From the human T2T-CHM13v2.0 reference genome, Homo sapiens: 64,000 nucleotides of DNA. A model generated the notes under the pieces. That model was not told the origin of the DNA and searched no databases. It saw nothing but the letters and a program-made list of their open reading frames with translations. Position numbers and translations under genes: made by a program. This document shows positions 1-13,249 of the stretch, in pieces. Position 1 is the stretch's first letter. Each line of letters opens with the position of its first letter. Location of the stretch: assembly GCF_009914755.1 (NCBI RefSeq), contig NC_060941.1; one strand, given 5' to 3'.

Positions 1-169
1 TCCTACACAAGTATTTACTTAAAAAAACTTGAAACATAAGCTATACACAGGAAATTGCACACAGCATAGGTGTACAGCATGAAGAACACACCTATGTAGC
101 CAGCACCCCAGAGGCCCCATCATGCTCCCTCTCAACAAACCTTCCCACAAAGGTGAACACCATCTATCT

Positions 170-840
170 ACACTTACTACTTAGTTGTGTCTGTTTTCTG
201 AACTTCATATAAATAGAATAGTGCAAAATATATTATTTTCCTCAATAAGGTGCTACTTAAATGTTTCTGTGTTTTTTTGTAAGGCAATAGTTTGTTCCTT
301 CTCCTAATTCTTTATTTTATTATTAGAATATACCATAGATTATTTTTTCTACTATTAATAGACTTTTTCTTCTCAGTTCTTGGCTAATACAAATAGTTTT
401 CCTATGAACATTCCTATACATGTTGGAGAATATATGCAAACAGAACATTTTGGTTTGACATATAGCTACAAGTGGAATTGCTGGTCCTAGAGTCTGCACA
501 GTACCACACAGTATTTCTAGTACTACACATTATTTCAAAATTTTACACCAATCTCTATTTCTACCAGCAATGCCTAAACAGTCCTATTGCTCCACAACAA
601 TGCTGTCTTTTGGTATTGACAATAATTTTCATTATAGCCATTCTTTATGTGTAGTATAGGCTCTTGGTATTTGTAATACATATTTTTCTGGTGACTAATG
701 AAGCTGAATATCTTTTAAAATTATGTTTTTTGGAATTTGAATTTCCTCATCTTTTGTAAGGGCTGTTCAAGTCTTTGGTTTATTTGAAGTAATGGTTGTC
801 TGTATTTACCTTTTCTTTGTATATTCTAGACCCAAATATT
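170..840 (-). mobile_element. Ancient LINE-1 (L1M class) 3' fragment
   Basis: Degenerate antisense L1 3' motifs (ctatgaacattcct..., tttacaccaatct..., ttatagccattct..., ggtgactaatgaagctgaatatctttt). Boundaries approximate. Confidence 0.6.
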
Positions 841-842
841 TA

Positions 843-1046
843 ACATATACATGTTATGTATGTATATGTATATTACATATGGCATGTTGTATATGTGTAA
901 AACATGCATAGGTATGTATATATTTTATACATGTTTGTGTATGTATGAATATGTATATTCACCCAGAAATATATATACACATATGTAAGTATACATACAT
1001 AATATATGATATATATTTTTATATGTGTGTGTGTGTGTGTGTGTGT
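843..1046. repeat. AT-rich (TA/TG) low-complexity tract ending in a (TG)n microsatellite
   Basis: Directly visible; pure TG run at about 1024-1046. Confidence 0.9.
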
Positions 1047-1484
1047 ATAAAGTATCTTCCCTCATTCAATGATCTGTCATTCAATCCCTAATGGCATTTT
1101 TTTCTTCACTGTATGACTTTTCTATGCTTTCTATATTTTATATTTACATATTCTATATTTTCTATATATCTTGAATCATAAAATTACCTTTTAAAAATTG
1201 AGGCATAGCATAGTCACAAAAAGGCACACTTCAGTGCATAACTCAAAATTTCACACATTGAACATGTCCACATAACCAGGCCCCAGATGAAACAGGATAC
1301 TGTAAGTCCCAAGTCTTCCTTGCATTTCTTTCCAGTCACAGTTTTCCAGGTGGGGGTGGGGAGTCACTAACCTGACTTCTAAATGCATGGAGTGGGTTTT
1401 CATATTTTTAAATTTAATATAAATAATGTGATACTTCTTTTGGGGGGTGTCTGGTTTAGTTTGTTTAATAATAGATTTTGTTGC

Positions 1485-1846
1485 TGTCTTAGTCCTTTTG
1501 GGCTACTATAACAAAATACCATAAACTCAATGGCTTATAAGAAACAGAAATTTACTGCTCACAATTCTGGAGGCTGGGGAGTCCAATATCAGGGCACCAG
1601 CAGATTCAGTGGCTGGTGAGGGTTCATTTCTGGTTCATAGATGACACCTAGCTACATCCACATAAGGTGGAAGGGAGAAGGCAGATCTCTGGGGCTTCTT
1701 TTATAAGGGCACTAATCCCATTTATGAGGGTAGAAGCCTCCTGTCCTAATCACCTTTTTAAGTCCTCACTTCCTAATATTATCACCTCTGAGGTTAGGTT
1801 TACAACATATGACTTTTGCAGAGACACAAACATTTAGACCATAGCA
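1485..1846 (-). mobile_element. MLT1A-type MaLR solo LTR
   Basis: tgtcttagtcc...accatagca termini; perfect 5 bp TSD GTTGC at 1480-1484 and 1847-1851; interrupts an older L1M fragment. Confidence 0.9.
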
Positions 1847-2269
1847 GTTGCTTAGAGCAACTATTTTATTGTTAAATAGAATTCTCTTCTATTAATATGC
1901 CATAATGTATTAATCCTACTCTAGACGGATATTTTGATAATTTTTATGTTGTAGCTGTTACAAATAACACAGCTATGAATGAACAATATTGTAGATTTTT
2001 TGAGAGCATATATATGCATTTCTTAGGTGTAGAATTGCTAGTTCATAGGATATGCATGTGTTCAGCATTAGTGGATACTTCCAAATAGTTTCTTCAGTCT
2101 TTTTTTTAAGCCAATCTACACTCCCCTCAGCTGTCTTTAGATATTTGAAGAAGCCAGCCAAGTCCAGAGAACTAAAAAACCCACTTACAGACTTGAAGTT
2201 GAAACAAATGGTTATGTCTTTGAACAACTGAGATTAAGGGTAGTTTGTCACACAATATTATTGCCTCAA

Positions 2270-3300
2270 TAGACACCTGATTGACTTGCATTCTTGGAAT
2301 AAACTCTCATTTGGTTATATTATCCTTTTATATACCACTGAATTCTAATTGTTAATATTTAGACTAATGATTTAACAATTTTTACATCTATGTTCATTAG
2401 CCTGTTGACATTTAAATTGCCTTTTTTGTAATGCCCTTGTCATATTTTAATATCAAGCTATGCTGACCTAATAATTTGAGATGAGAATATTCCCCTCCCC
2501 AACTCTAAACATTTCCTCCCCTAATCTCTTCCAGAGTGTGTGAGAAATTGGTGGTGTTTCATCCTTAAATGTTAGGAAGAAATCACTGTGAAAGCCTTCT
2601 AGTCCTTGAGATTATTTAGCAGAAAGAATTTAAATTATAGATCAATTTAATTAATATATATGAAATTATTAATATTTATTTCTTCTCATTTCAGTTTTGG
2701 GGATTTCTAGAAAGGTATCAATTTGACTAAAACTCTCAAGTTTACTTATATAAAGTTGTTAATATCCTTTTATTTTCTAGTAATATCTGCAACATCTATC
2801 TGTGGCGATGACCTCATTTTAATGTCTGATATTAAGGGGTTTTCCCCTTCTCTGTTTTTGATCAGCTTTTTTAGCTGAGTCCATGAATTTTATTAGCCTG
2901 TTTTGTTTTAAGAACCATTTTATTGTTTAATTTTTATATTAATAAATTTGTCTTCTATCAATTTGTTCACATCAAGATTTCTGGATTTTTTTTCATTTTC
3001 TTAGGGTAAGGTTTTTTTCAACTTTTTTAGATTGGATACTTTCATATTTTCTAATATATTCATTTTAAGCCTATAAATTTTATCCTTAATAGCTTCAGCT
3101 TTACTTCACATCATCTAATAGCAGTAGTTTCATCATTATTTAGCTCAAATACCTTATATTATTTTTTGTTAATTCTATTTTGATGTGGATTATTTGGAAG
3201 TATGCTGACTATTTTTTAAAGAGTAGAAATTTTCTGGTGATCTGTTTGTTTTCAATGTGTTGGTTCATTCTCCTGTGGTCAGAAAACAGGCTCCGAATGG
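2270..3300 (-). mobile_element. Ancient L1M ORF2-region fragments
   Basis: T-rich degenerate similarity to antisense L1 ORF2 (tttacatctatgttcat, tcactgtgaaagccttct, ctcctgtggtcagaaaa). Confidence 0.6.
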
Positions 3301-3475
3301 TGTATCTATCCTTGTTCTGTGTCCCAAGCAGAGAACAGGTTCAGGGTATAAAATTATCACGCCATCTTCAAATTGAGAGTTATAGGGTCTTGTGGTTCTT
3401 TGAGTTACCTAAGAGTCAGAAAGAGAAAAATCAGGCTGAATTCTATTCTCCCCCTGCCCTATTTCATTTTATTTA

Positions 3476-3739
<264 letters not shown>

Positions 3740-4180
3740 TCACTGCTGAAAATGTTTATAAACCACTGTATTATTAGAATATCCTGCAGTAGTTTAGTTA
3801 TAAAATTTCATTATTCTATATATTTTGCTATTCGGAAAAATCATATTACCCTTCTGGGTTCAGAATGATCTAATCAGGTTGACATGGTATGCTGACCTCC
3901 ATACAGTTGATTCATTAAACTTATCCAGTTACATTATTATTATGTTAATGTACATATATGATCTGGGTGTGAATGACCAGATGGACGTCTGCTAAGTTTT
4001 ATAAAAACCAATATAGCTAGTTATCAAGTAATCTAGTAAAAAATATTCAACCCATCCTGAAGATCAAAGACATGCATGTTAAAGCAGTAGAGTCATATAA
4101 TTTTCTTTATTTATCAGAATGGCAAATATTAAGTATTTTTATACACTTCTAGTGAGAATCTGTATTTAAAATTAGATGGC

Positions 4181-4206
4181 TTTTTTTTTTTTTTTTTTTT
4201 TTTTTT
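4181..4206. repeat. Poly(T)26
   Basis: Directly visible. Confidence 0.95.
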
Positions 4207-6427
4207 GTCTAAGGAAAGATCTGGACCAGAGTCAGGTGTCACAAACTCAAATGCCTACAGGAGCCAGAAAAGGGAAACCAGATTGACATTTCTCTTTCCC
4301 ATGGAAGTGTTCAATTTTGAAAGCTTTCTATGAAGTTCTAGGAGTGTGTCTAAAAATAATGAATAGAGCCAGTATGTATTTCAAGTATAAGACAACAATT
4401 AGATATACTCAAACATGAAGCATTTCAGCACCAAATGACCCTTCTTATCCCAAATGCATACATGCACTTGCTGACAAGTTCTGCTTTAAAAGCATAAAGC
4501 AAAAAAAAAAAAAATTAAATGAGAACTGAAGGAGCCATAGTAAAAAAAGTATTAGTGGTGTGTGCTGAATCTTTTTAAATCTAAAACTAATATAAGCCAA
4601 TTATGCAAATAATATTTATGGAACAGATTAGTCATGCGACAAAATATAATAAAGATAATGATAAACATAATAAAATTACTTCAAAAATTTAAAAATGCAG
4701 TTAGAAGAGGTAGGAGAAGGTGTGAGATTTTTCTTTGTTAGAGTAATAGGGTCAAAACTGAAATTTGCTAAAAATATCAAACACATAGATTTCAACTACT
4801 ACATAGCCTTTCATCAGTCTTAGAGGGATATTTTTGGAAAATAATAAATGAGGTCATTATACTTTTCCCCCTTCTATGAAAATCAAGTTAAAATAAATGC
4901 TTTTATGCAAAATCACTGCATGATCTTTTTAAAATAAGTTTTCGAATCCATTACTGTTCTATGCATATAAAAATGGTATTTGAGATGATAGTCCCCCAAT
5001 AATAATGGATATTTCTTGGTGGAAGATTTAAGGTGACAAAGGTGTTTTCTTCTTTCTACTGTTCTCCATGTCTAAAATTATTTAAAAAGATCAGGCAATA
5101 ATGTTACAAGAACTTTAACTCATCATTTTTCTTCTTCAAATAAAAATAAAGCAAATATCAAACAAACACATGAAAAAAATTGTGTGCTTCATTCTATATA
5201 CTAATTGTGACCCAAATGATCACTGAGATTTCTGTAATTCTAAACCATATCAGTCTGGTTCTAACTAATGAGCAATAAGAAAACTCATGAGACAGCTGTC
5301 CTTGCCCCTCAGAGGACATCCCATCTCCTGTCTACTCTTGCCTTGGAACTGGATCTATCCTCCCTCCCACCTCTACCCAGTAGCTGCCTCTTCTGCTGTC
5401 TCTGCGTAAAGGTTCTTCCATGGTCTTACGTAAATTGGAATTTAAATCCTGCAAACTACATTGTGAGACTAATGGATCGGAAGAGATCTTTCCTCTCTGC
5501 CTACTTCTCCCTTGAAGGGAACCGTATTTATTGCTTTAATTAGAGCACCAAGCTGTAGGAGTAAATGCAAGTCTTCAGCACTTCTCCTGACAGCTTTAAA
5601 TTGGGGAGGCAACTTGGAAAACTTCTGTTGCAAAAATGCCAGCTGGATAATTAGTACTATGTGGCTAACAGTTTAAAAAAGCTGGGAGGGGAGACAAGAA
5701 TTAGTGTAAGCATCTTTAACACACTTTAACATTCTAAAATGGGTTTCCAAAAATGTTGCTGCTGAAATGTTTGCAAGATTTTTGTTAAATGTGGCTTCAT
5801 GTATTAATGTTCTTTTTGTGTGGAGGGAGGAGGAGGTGTTGACATTCATCCAACCTGCAGCAAGTGTCACTGGATTGCTGAGCTGGCTTTCTCTCTGTGC
5901 TGAAAGGAAAGAATAATTCCCTCCAATTATTCCTCCAGGGAGAATTAAATTTGCCAACTGATTAAGGCAAGAAAATACAAAGTTTCTCAAAGAATTTTGG
6001 GAATTTAGCATGGTCTGAATAAGTCATAAGTTTTTAAGATAGTAACCTGTAGTGTGTCCAGGGTGATGTCCAAAATTGCTAATGACTACTGAGGTACGGT
6101 CCAGGCCAATCAGAATAGAAGCTTGGCATTATGCTGTACAGGTACACAATACTTCAATATTAGCTCTGGTTGAATCTCCTTTTTTGCATACAATGTACCT
6201 CTGCTTGTTTAGAAAGAAGGGTAGAAGCTTTTGGTGGTCTCTCTAGAAGATGAAACTGTTTATAGTCAGATTTAACTACTTTTTATAAATTTTGAACACG
6301 ATCATCTTTCATTCACTTATTCATTCAACAACCCACAACATTGAAGCCACTATGTGCTGAATAGTAAAGCTTCAAAGACAAACAACAAAGACCACAATGT
6401 CTGTCTTTATAGGTTTGTGTTTTAAAG

Positions 6428-6757
6428 CAGGGATCAGCAAACATTTTTTGAAAAGACCCAGATAACAAATATTTTCAGCTTTGCAGATACATGGTACCTG
6501 TCACAACTATTCAACTCTTCTGCTGTAACATAAAAGTAGCCATCGGCAATACATGAACAAATGAATGTTGGAGTGTTCCAATAACACTTTCTGGATACTA
6601 GATATTGAATTTCATATAATTTTTACATGTCATGAAATACCATTCCTCTTTTGAATTTTTCTGACCATTTGAAAATGTTAAAAACCATCCTTAGCTGATA
6701 GGCAGTACTAAAACTTGTGGGTGTCTAGATTTGATCCATGGCCTGTAGGGTTCCTGA
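6428..6757 (+). mobile_element. MER58B-like hAT-Charlie non-autonomous DNA transposon
   Basis: cagggatcagcaaacatttttt start and MER58-type body (acaactattcaactc, gtgttccaataa, gaatttcatataattttt). Confidence 0.8.
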
Positions 6758-7859
6758 TCTAGAGAGTTGACAGTGGAGAGGCTCAAGTCACTAGGGTCAA
6801 TTGGCTGATGTTGAAAGTGAAGAGACAGAACACCATCTGGCATAGATGACTGCACGCCCATTGCTGTGTGAATTGAAGAACGTTGTTGCTGGAAGAAACC
6901 TCAGAGAGGCCTTGAATGCCTTTAAAGGGTATTTGCTTCACTTTCAGGTCATTTTCAACCAACTGACCCAGTCACCTTCAATGGCAGGACTTGGAAACTT
7001 CCCAAGGCAGCCCACTTTATTGTTGGATAGAGACATTTTCATTAAATTTGTACTTTTATTTCCTACAAATATATGGATAAAAAAGGACTCTGAATCCCAG
7101 TAAGACTTAGGATCCTTATTTTGCAATCTTTGGCAGGCCTCAGAGAATGAATGTAAACAACTTTTCCACAAGACATATATTACAGACAGTTATCCCATCA
7201 CTTGTAAGTCTTTGGCTATATTTTTTGCCAATTTTTGGTCACATAATTTGTTTTTCCTTATTGGAAGGTTGAAAAGGCATGGTTCTAGGTTTCCTATTCT
7301 TTCTGATTCCTTCAAGTATTCAATACTAGCTCATTTGTTTACAGAATGGAGAAAATTAAAAAGAAGCTTAAGGAAAAGAAAATTAGGTTGTTTCCTTTTA
7401 AAGTGGTGATTCAAAACATGTTTGCATAAAAATAACAATATGAGCCAATGTGCCCTATTAAAATTAATCTGCTTATATAATAAGGTTTTTGGACCATGAG
7501 GCACAGCGGTTTTGCCTTGAGAAAAAGTGCTAATCCCAAATGAGCCTTGTCTTCTTTGCAAAGTGAATATTACCAAAGCTAGCAAGTCTCCTAACCTTTC
7601 CTCTAATTTCTAATCTTTATTAAAATATAAGGCAATTTGTTAAAGTCATTTTAGTAACAGAGGTTGTATTTAAATGGGCCAAAGTACTGGGGCAAAAATG
7701 CATGCTGAATTGTGTGTGTAGGGGGGGTGGTGTATGCATGTCTGTCTGTGTGTAACTGCATTTATAACACTATATTTTAATTGCTGGACATTGTGTTGTA
7801 TAATAAATATTACAGACTTCGAAGTTAAACTGATTATATCAAATAGCTCCATCACATAA

Positions 7860-7980
7860 CATTTGGATAACTTTGGGCAAGCTACTTCTCAACTTATCTT
7901 TAAGTCTTAGTTTCTTCATTTGTAAAATGAGAGTAATAATATACATTTTATAGCATCAAATGAAAAATGTTAGCAAGCTG
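7860..7980 (+). mobile_element. MIR SINE fragment
   Basis: MIR core: tgggcaagctactt...agtttcttcatttgtaaaatg. Confidence 0.7.
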
Positions 7981-8539
7981 TTTAAGAGAAAGTTCTGGTA
8001 TTTGAATATCATTATCTTCTTCTTCCTTTCAGCCTCTACCAAATTGCTTGTAAGGCTAATAATTGACAAAGTGGGAGTAAGAGAGAAAAGAAAATGAGAT
8101 TCTGGAAACCCAGTAGGAAAAAATTTCAAGCTAGAGCTACAAATACATTATCCAAGAGATTCACTCTCTGGTTTCTTTATCCTTTCCCTAGAGTAATTAA
8201 AATATGACTGTAATATGATTAAATGTTTAGTTTAAAAAGAAAATCTCTTTCTCATCTGAAAGTTATTATAAGGAAGCAGACTGGTGTGGTTCTCATTTAA
8301 AAATGTAAATGTTGGTTTAAGTGTGTGAGATTGTCTCAAAGTCTAATAAGAAATACTTTGGCTCTTCTAATTGGAAGGTTGAAAAGACGTGGTTGTAGGT
8401 TTCCTATCTTTCTGATTCCTATTGCATTCCTGGAGGTTGGATTAACTTTGGGCACAAAGATATTTGGATGCTAGCTAACAATTTTCTAGCAGTTTGCTCT
8501 GTACTTTTTGATTACGCACTTTATGAGAATCAATTTCGT

Positions 8540-8662
8540 TAGTCCTCACAACAAAGTGACAGACACTATTATACTCCCACGTTACAGATGAAGAAACTGA
8601 GTCAGTTTGGACTCACATTAAGGTAGCGACAGAGCCAGAATCGCACTCCAGGCTGGCTGGCT
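8540..8662 (-). mobile_element. MIR SINE fragment
   Basis: tcctcacaac...ttacagatgaagaaactgag. Confidence 0.7.
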
Positions 8663-8999
8663 ATGGTTTGCATTGCCCTTCCTGAGTTCCCCAGGGCATT
8701 TCTCCCCTCTCCACTTTCCCTCATCCTTTCTTCCCACTTCAGTGGGAGAAAAAGGTACTATAAACCTGATGAACAGGGGTCCTAAATCTATACACCTATA
8801 AGGCTCATGACATGAATGAGTGTAGGCCTTATAAGGAGATATAGACCGAATGCCATGTAAAGGGAACAGTCACCACTCAGCTGTAATTAATTTTTGAGTA
8901 AAGGGAATTCAATTTGTTCAACATTTAGCAAACACTTAACCCATGCCAGACAGTCTCCTTGGCATTCACACGGCTGTGGTTAAGGAAATAAAACCCCTG

Positions 9000-9323
9000 T
9001 GTTACAGGTTTTTATAGTGTCTTTCCCAATAAAAACCAAAAAACATGTCCACTCAGAACTTCAGAATGTGACGCTATCTGGAAATAGGATGTTTACAGAT
9101 GCAATTAAAGCAAGATTGTGGATGAGATTAAACTAGATCAAGGTGGGCCCTAAATCCAATGAAAGTGCCTGTAAGAAACAGAGAAGAACACACAGACACT
9201 CGGGAAGAAGAGCACCTTGTGAAGATGGAAGAAGACATCGGAGTGATGTCTCTGCAGGCCAAGGAACGTGAAGCATTGCCGGTTACCACTAGAAACTAGG
9301 AGAGAGGTATGGAGCAGATTCTC
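9000..9323 (+). mobile_element. MLT1 (B/C-like) MaLR LTR, 3'-truncated
   Basis: gaatgtgac...ggaaatagg...ggtgggccctaaatccaatga...gccaaggaac motifs. Confidence 0.8.
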
Positions 9324-10763
9324 CGATTTCACCAATTTTTCAGCCAAAACACTGGAAAATAACTAAGCGACCAGAAGTTCAGGAATTGTTAAGCTAGAAT
9401 TTGATATATTCATATGATTGACCATTTCGTGGCTATTTAAAAATAATGTTAAAATATTAATTTGAATGCAAAGATACAGTGCCATATAAAGTTAAAAAGC
9501 AGAAGAAAAGATATCTGGTCTTAACTGTAAAAATATATGCATAGAAAAAATTCAGGAAGAAACTGCAATAAAATGCAGTAATTGTTTCTCTTTGTGTTGG
9601 GGTTATCTTGATATTTTTCTGTAAGCTTTATTTATTTTGCATTTTTTTCTTATGAATATGTGTTGATTTTAGTATCAGAAAATAACATTTGTTTTAAAAA
9701 GCAGGAAAAGCACTGAGCGATGGATGTTTTCTAGATGTGTATTCTATTCAATATTATCAGTAGCCTCTCAACAAGATGGTAAAAATTGGCCTTTAAACCT
9801 AAAACAACTCATAGATCTGGGAGAATCTGAAGGGCAGACCTTTAACTGTTGATTTTATTCTAGCCCAGGGAGGATGAGTGCAGTAAAAAATGTTAGGGCT
9901 AGAAGGATAACTGGAGCCTGGAGGTCTGCACTGTGCTACTTCGTAAGAAAAATTTGTGATAATGATATTTTTTGAGACAGTAAAACACAGACCTCTAGGT
10001 GTGAATAAAACACCTAAGAGAAATCTATGTTAAGAGGCCAAATGATGAAGAAATAGCCTACAATTCAATAAAGGTAAGCATAAGGGTTTTGTTTATGTTT
10101 GTTCATTTTCACCCGATTAAAAGAGAATTTTACAAGATGACTACAGAAGGGGATAATGACTTACTTTTCAAAAAGAGATGATTTTAGAGTTAACAGCAAG
10201 CTTTCTTGATACATAAAAATGTCCAATTTTTAATCATTGAAACAGTCAATAAGAAAGCAATGGAAAAAGAAACAATTAGGGTGTGAACAAATCATTGCCA
10301 AATTGCAGATCCTCAGAAATGAAGGCAAATGATACTAGAAGTCAACAGGATTAGAGTATAAACACTTGGTTTACAGCCATGTCTTTGGGAATTCAGCTTT
10401 AGGGACTCTCCAAATTAGATTTATTCTGAGTTGCTAGCCAAACAAGACTAGTGAGTTGAAGCTACAAAAAGTCAGCATTTCATTTCAATGTAAAGATTTT
10501 TTTTCTATTCATTAAGAATATTTTCAATGGATTTGGACTATCTTCTGTGCTAATGACTCAAGTCACTATGGGGCCCCATCAGAGGTCATGCCATTGCAAT
10601 TGGGTTGATGAAGCTCCCATACCATGTAGTATCTGGTCATCCCACCCCCTCATGTGCTCTTCTTTCCTTATTTCCAATTTAGTTAATGATATCACCGTAT
10701 TCCACCCAGTTGCCTCAGTTGGTAATCTCAAGGTCATTTTAGCCTTATTCCACCTCCTCATAC

Positions 10764-11125
10764 TGCTATAGTTCAAACCTTTGTGTCACCCCAAAATTCA
10801 TAGGTTGGAATCTCTTCCAAGGTGATGGTATTAGAAAGTGGTCCCTTTAGGGGGTGATTAGGTTATGAGGGTGGAACTCTCATAAATGGGGCTACCATCC
10901 TTAGAAAAGAGACTACAGAGAGCTAGCTAGCACCTTCCACTGTGTGAGAAAGCAGCAGGAAGACTCCCTCTTGAACCAGAAAGTGGGCCTTAGACAGACA
11001 CCAAACCAGCCAGTGCCTTGATCTTGAACTTCCCAGCCTCCAGAGGTTTTAGAAAAAAAGGTCTGTGGTTTATAAGGTACCTAGTTCAGGATATTTTGTT
11101 ACTGCATCCTGAATGGACTAAGACA
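10764..11125 (+). mobile_element. MLT1A-type MaLR solo LTR
   Basis: tgctatagtt...ggactaagaca termini; perfect TSD CATAC at 10759-10763 and 11126-11130. Confidence 0.9.
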
Positions 11126-11586
11126 CATACCAAATTGGGTAGAAATGAAAGCCTTAGAGAAGTGCATGTAATGTACCAAGTGTCTACTAATCTTTTCACT
11201 CCTCCAGTGCCATATTGTTCAAGCTTTTGTCATCACCCATGTGAACTTTTACAATAAACCTGTAATTGGCCTCCTATTCTTTCATTCTTGCTCAATCCAT
11301 CCAACCAATTTTACTGATAGATTAAGAGCTCAGTTTATTAGCTCAAAGACTCACAACATATAGGCACTCAATAAATATTTGGTGAGTCAGTGAATAGATG
11401 AATATGTATAATAAGTAATAGAATACCAATCCAAATATGCCTTCCCTGCTTAAAAGCTCCTCCAACCTTATTACATACAGGTTATAGCTCAAATCTTTTA
11501 ATTTGATCTGACTCCTGCAAAACTTCCTAAGCTCATTTCTTGACACATATTTTGATGCACAGTGGGTCTCTAGTATTGAACTAGAA

Positions 11587-11775
11587 TAGTGATTCTCAAA
11601 CCTTATCATACATCAGAATAAGCTGGCAGGCTTGCAAAAACACAGATTGATAGATTCTACTTCCAGTATTTATGACTCATTAGGTCTAGGGTTGGGCCAG
11701 AGAATTTGCATTCCTATTCATTTCCCACATGTTGATGATGCTGCTGGTCTAGGGACCATACTTTGAGAATCTCTA
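11587..11775. mobile_element. MER5A hAT-Charlie MITE
   Basis: Terminal inverted repeats gattctcaaa ... tttgagaatc; internal taggtctagggttgggccagagaatttgcatt. Confidence 0.8.
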
Positions 11776-12089
11776 GGCTAGATTATCTAAAAAATTCTTT
11801 CAGCTATGATAGTCAATGATATTTGGTATTAAAAAGACCTCAAAGACTTATATTTGTAACTCAGACTAATTTTATCCAATATGATACTATTTGAAGTGAT
11901 AATTTTGTTTTTAAGCCAGATCAGAAAAGCTAGAGAAATGTTATAGAAGGGAATATGGTGTCTTTTCCTTTTTTTTTTTTTTTTTTTTTTAACTTTCTGA
12001 GCTCTAAGGTATAAAGACACATTATGCCCTGGAGCTCAGAAAGTAAAGAAAAGGAAACCTATCACTGGCCCTGTAGAGTTACTAGGTTC

Positions 12090-12305
12090 TAGTGGTTAAG
12101 AATGTAAGTTTCATCATTGTAAAGACTTATGCTGAGTTCCAGCCCTGCCCTCACTACCTGTGAAATCTTAGGCAGCTTATTTAACCTCATTAAGCCACAA
12201 TCTCTCCATCCTTCAAATGCAGATGGCACCAGGATCTATGTCACAGGGTTGCTAAGGGGATTAACGTATATAATGTGCTTAGCTGGATGCCTGGAACATA
12301 GTTGT
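12090..12305 (+). mobile_element. MIR SINE
   Basis: agtggttaaga...ttatttaacctc...cacagggttgct...gcctggaacatag. Confidence 0.7.
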
Positions 12306-12906
12306 GTGCATGAAGTAATGCCATTGTATGTTTAACAGGTAAGAATCTTGGTCCACAGAGTCAGTTGATAAGAATTGTAATTTATCTATTTTTATGTGAC
12401 TCCATTTAATTTCTCTTAATAGTACATATTCTACCATTTGACAAAAGATAAATTCAAGTCAATTCAGTCCCCACCCAACTTCCTTTCCTTCAAGTTGCAT
12501 CTGCTTTCTAGGGACTTGTGTGGTGCATTGGAATGGTGTTTGGGGATACTTCATTAGTTCTATGTCATTAACAGGTCTACACTGGTATCCACTGAGAAAG
12601 ACATAATTGTGACTATCCTTTGGTCATGGGTCAAGCAGGTCACTGTTATATTATTCTAAACCATAAGATCACTTTAAGTTAGACTTTGTCTCATCTGCTT
12701 CTTTACCACCCGTGAGGACACAGGGGAAATTCTGCTGCTGTCCTAGACTTCTCTAAATCAAGGGAATGCATTGGGTTTGTTTAAGAGCCTTCCTCTGTGG
12801 TTTCCTGGAAACAGAGGAAATTGTTCCACTGCCTCCAGCTTCTCACTGGTATATGTGGGGACTCTGGGGATCTGCCTCAATCCATTGTGCACATAGGTAG
12901 CATGCC

Positions 12907-13249
12907 TGATATGGCTTGACTGTGTCCCTACCCAAATCTCATCTTGAATTGTAGCTCCCATAATCCCCTTGTGTTGGGGATTATGAGGGACTGGTGGGAG
13001 GTAATTGAATCAAGGGGGCAGGTTTTTTTCCATGCTGTTCTTTCATGATGGTGAATAAATTTCACGTGATCTGATGGCTTTATAAAAACAGTTTTCCTGC
13101 ACATGCCCTCTTGCCTGCTGCCATGTAAGATGTGCCTTTGCTACTCCTTTGTCTTCTGCCATGATTGTGAGTCCTTCCCAGCCATGTGAAACTGTGAGTC
13201 CATTAAAGCTCTTTTTCTTTATAAATCCACCTAGTCTTGTTTATGTCTT
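12907..13249 (+). mobile_element. THE1 (B/C-like) MaLR solo LTR lacking the last ~30 nt
   Basis: tgatatggcttgactgtgtccctacccaaatctcatcttgaattg start; strong similarity to the other THE1 copies in this window. Confidence 0.92.

Noticed and set aside
4181-4206. Isolated poly(T) as an orphan retrotransposon tail
   Set aside because: No flanking TSD or element body is visible.
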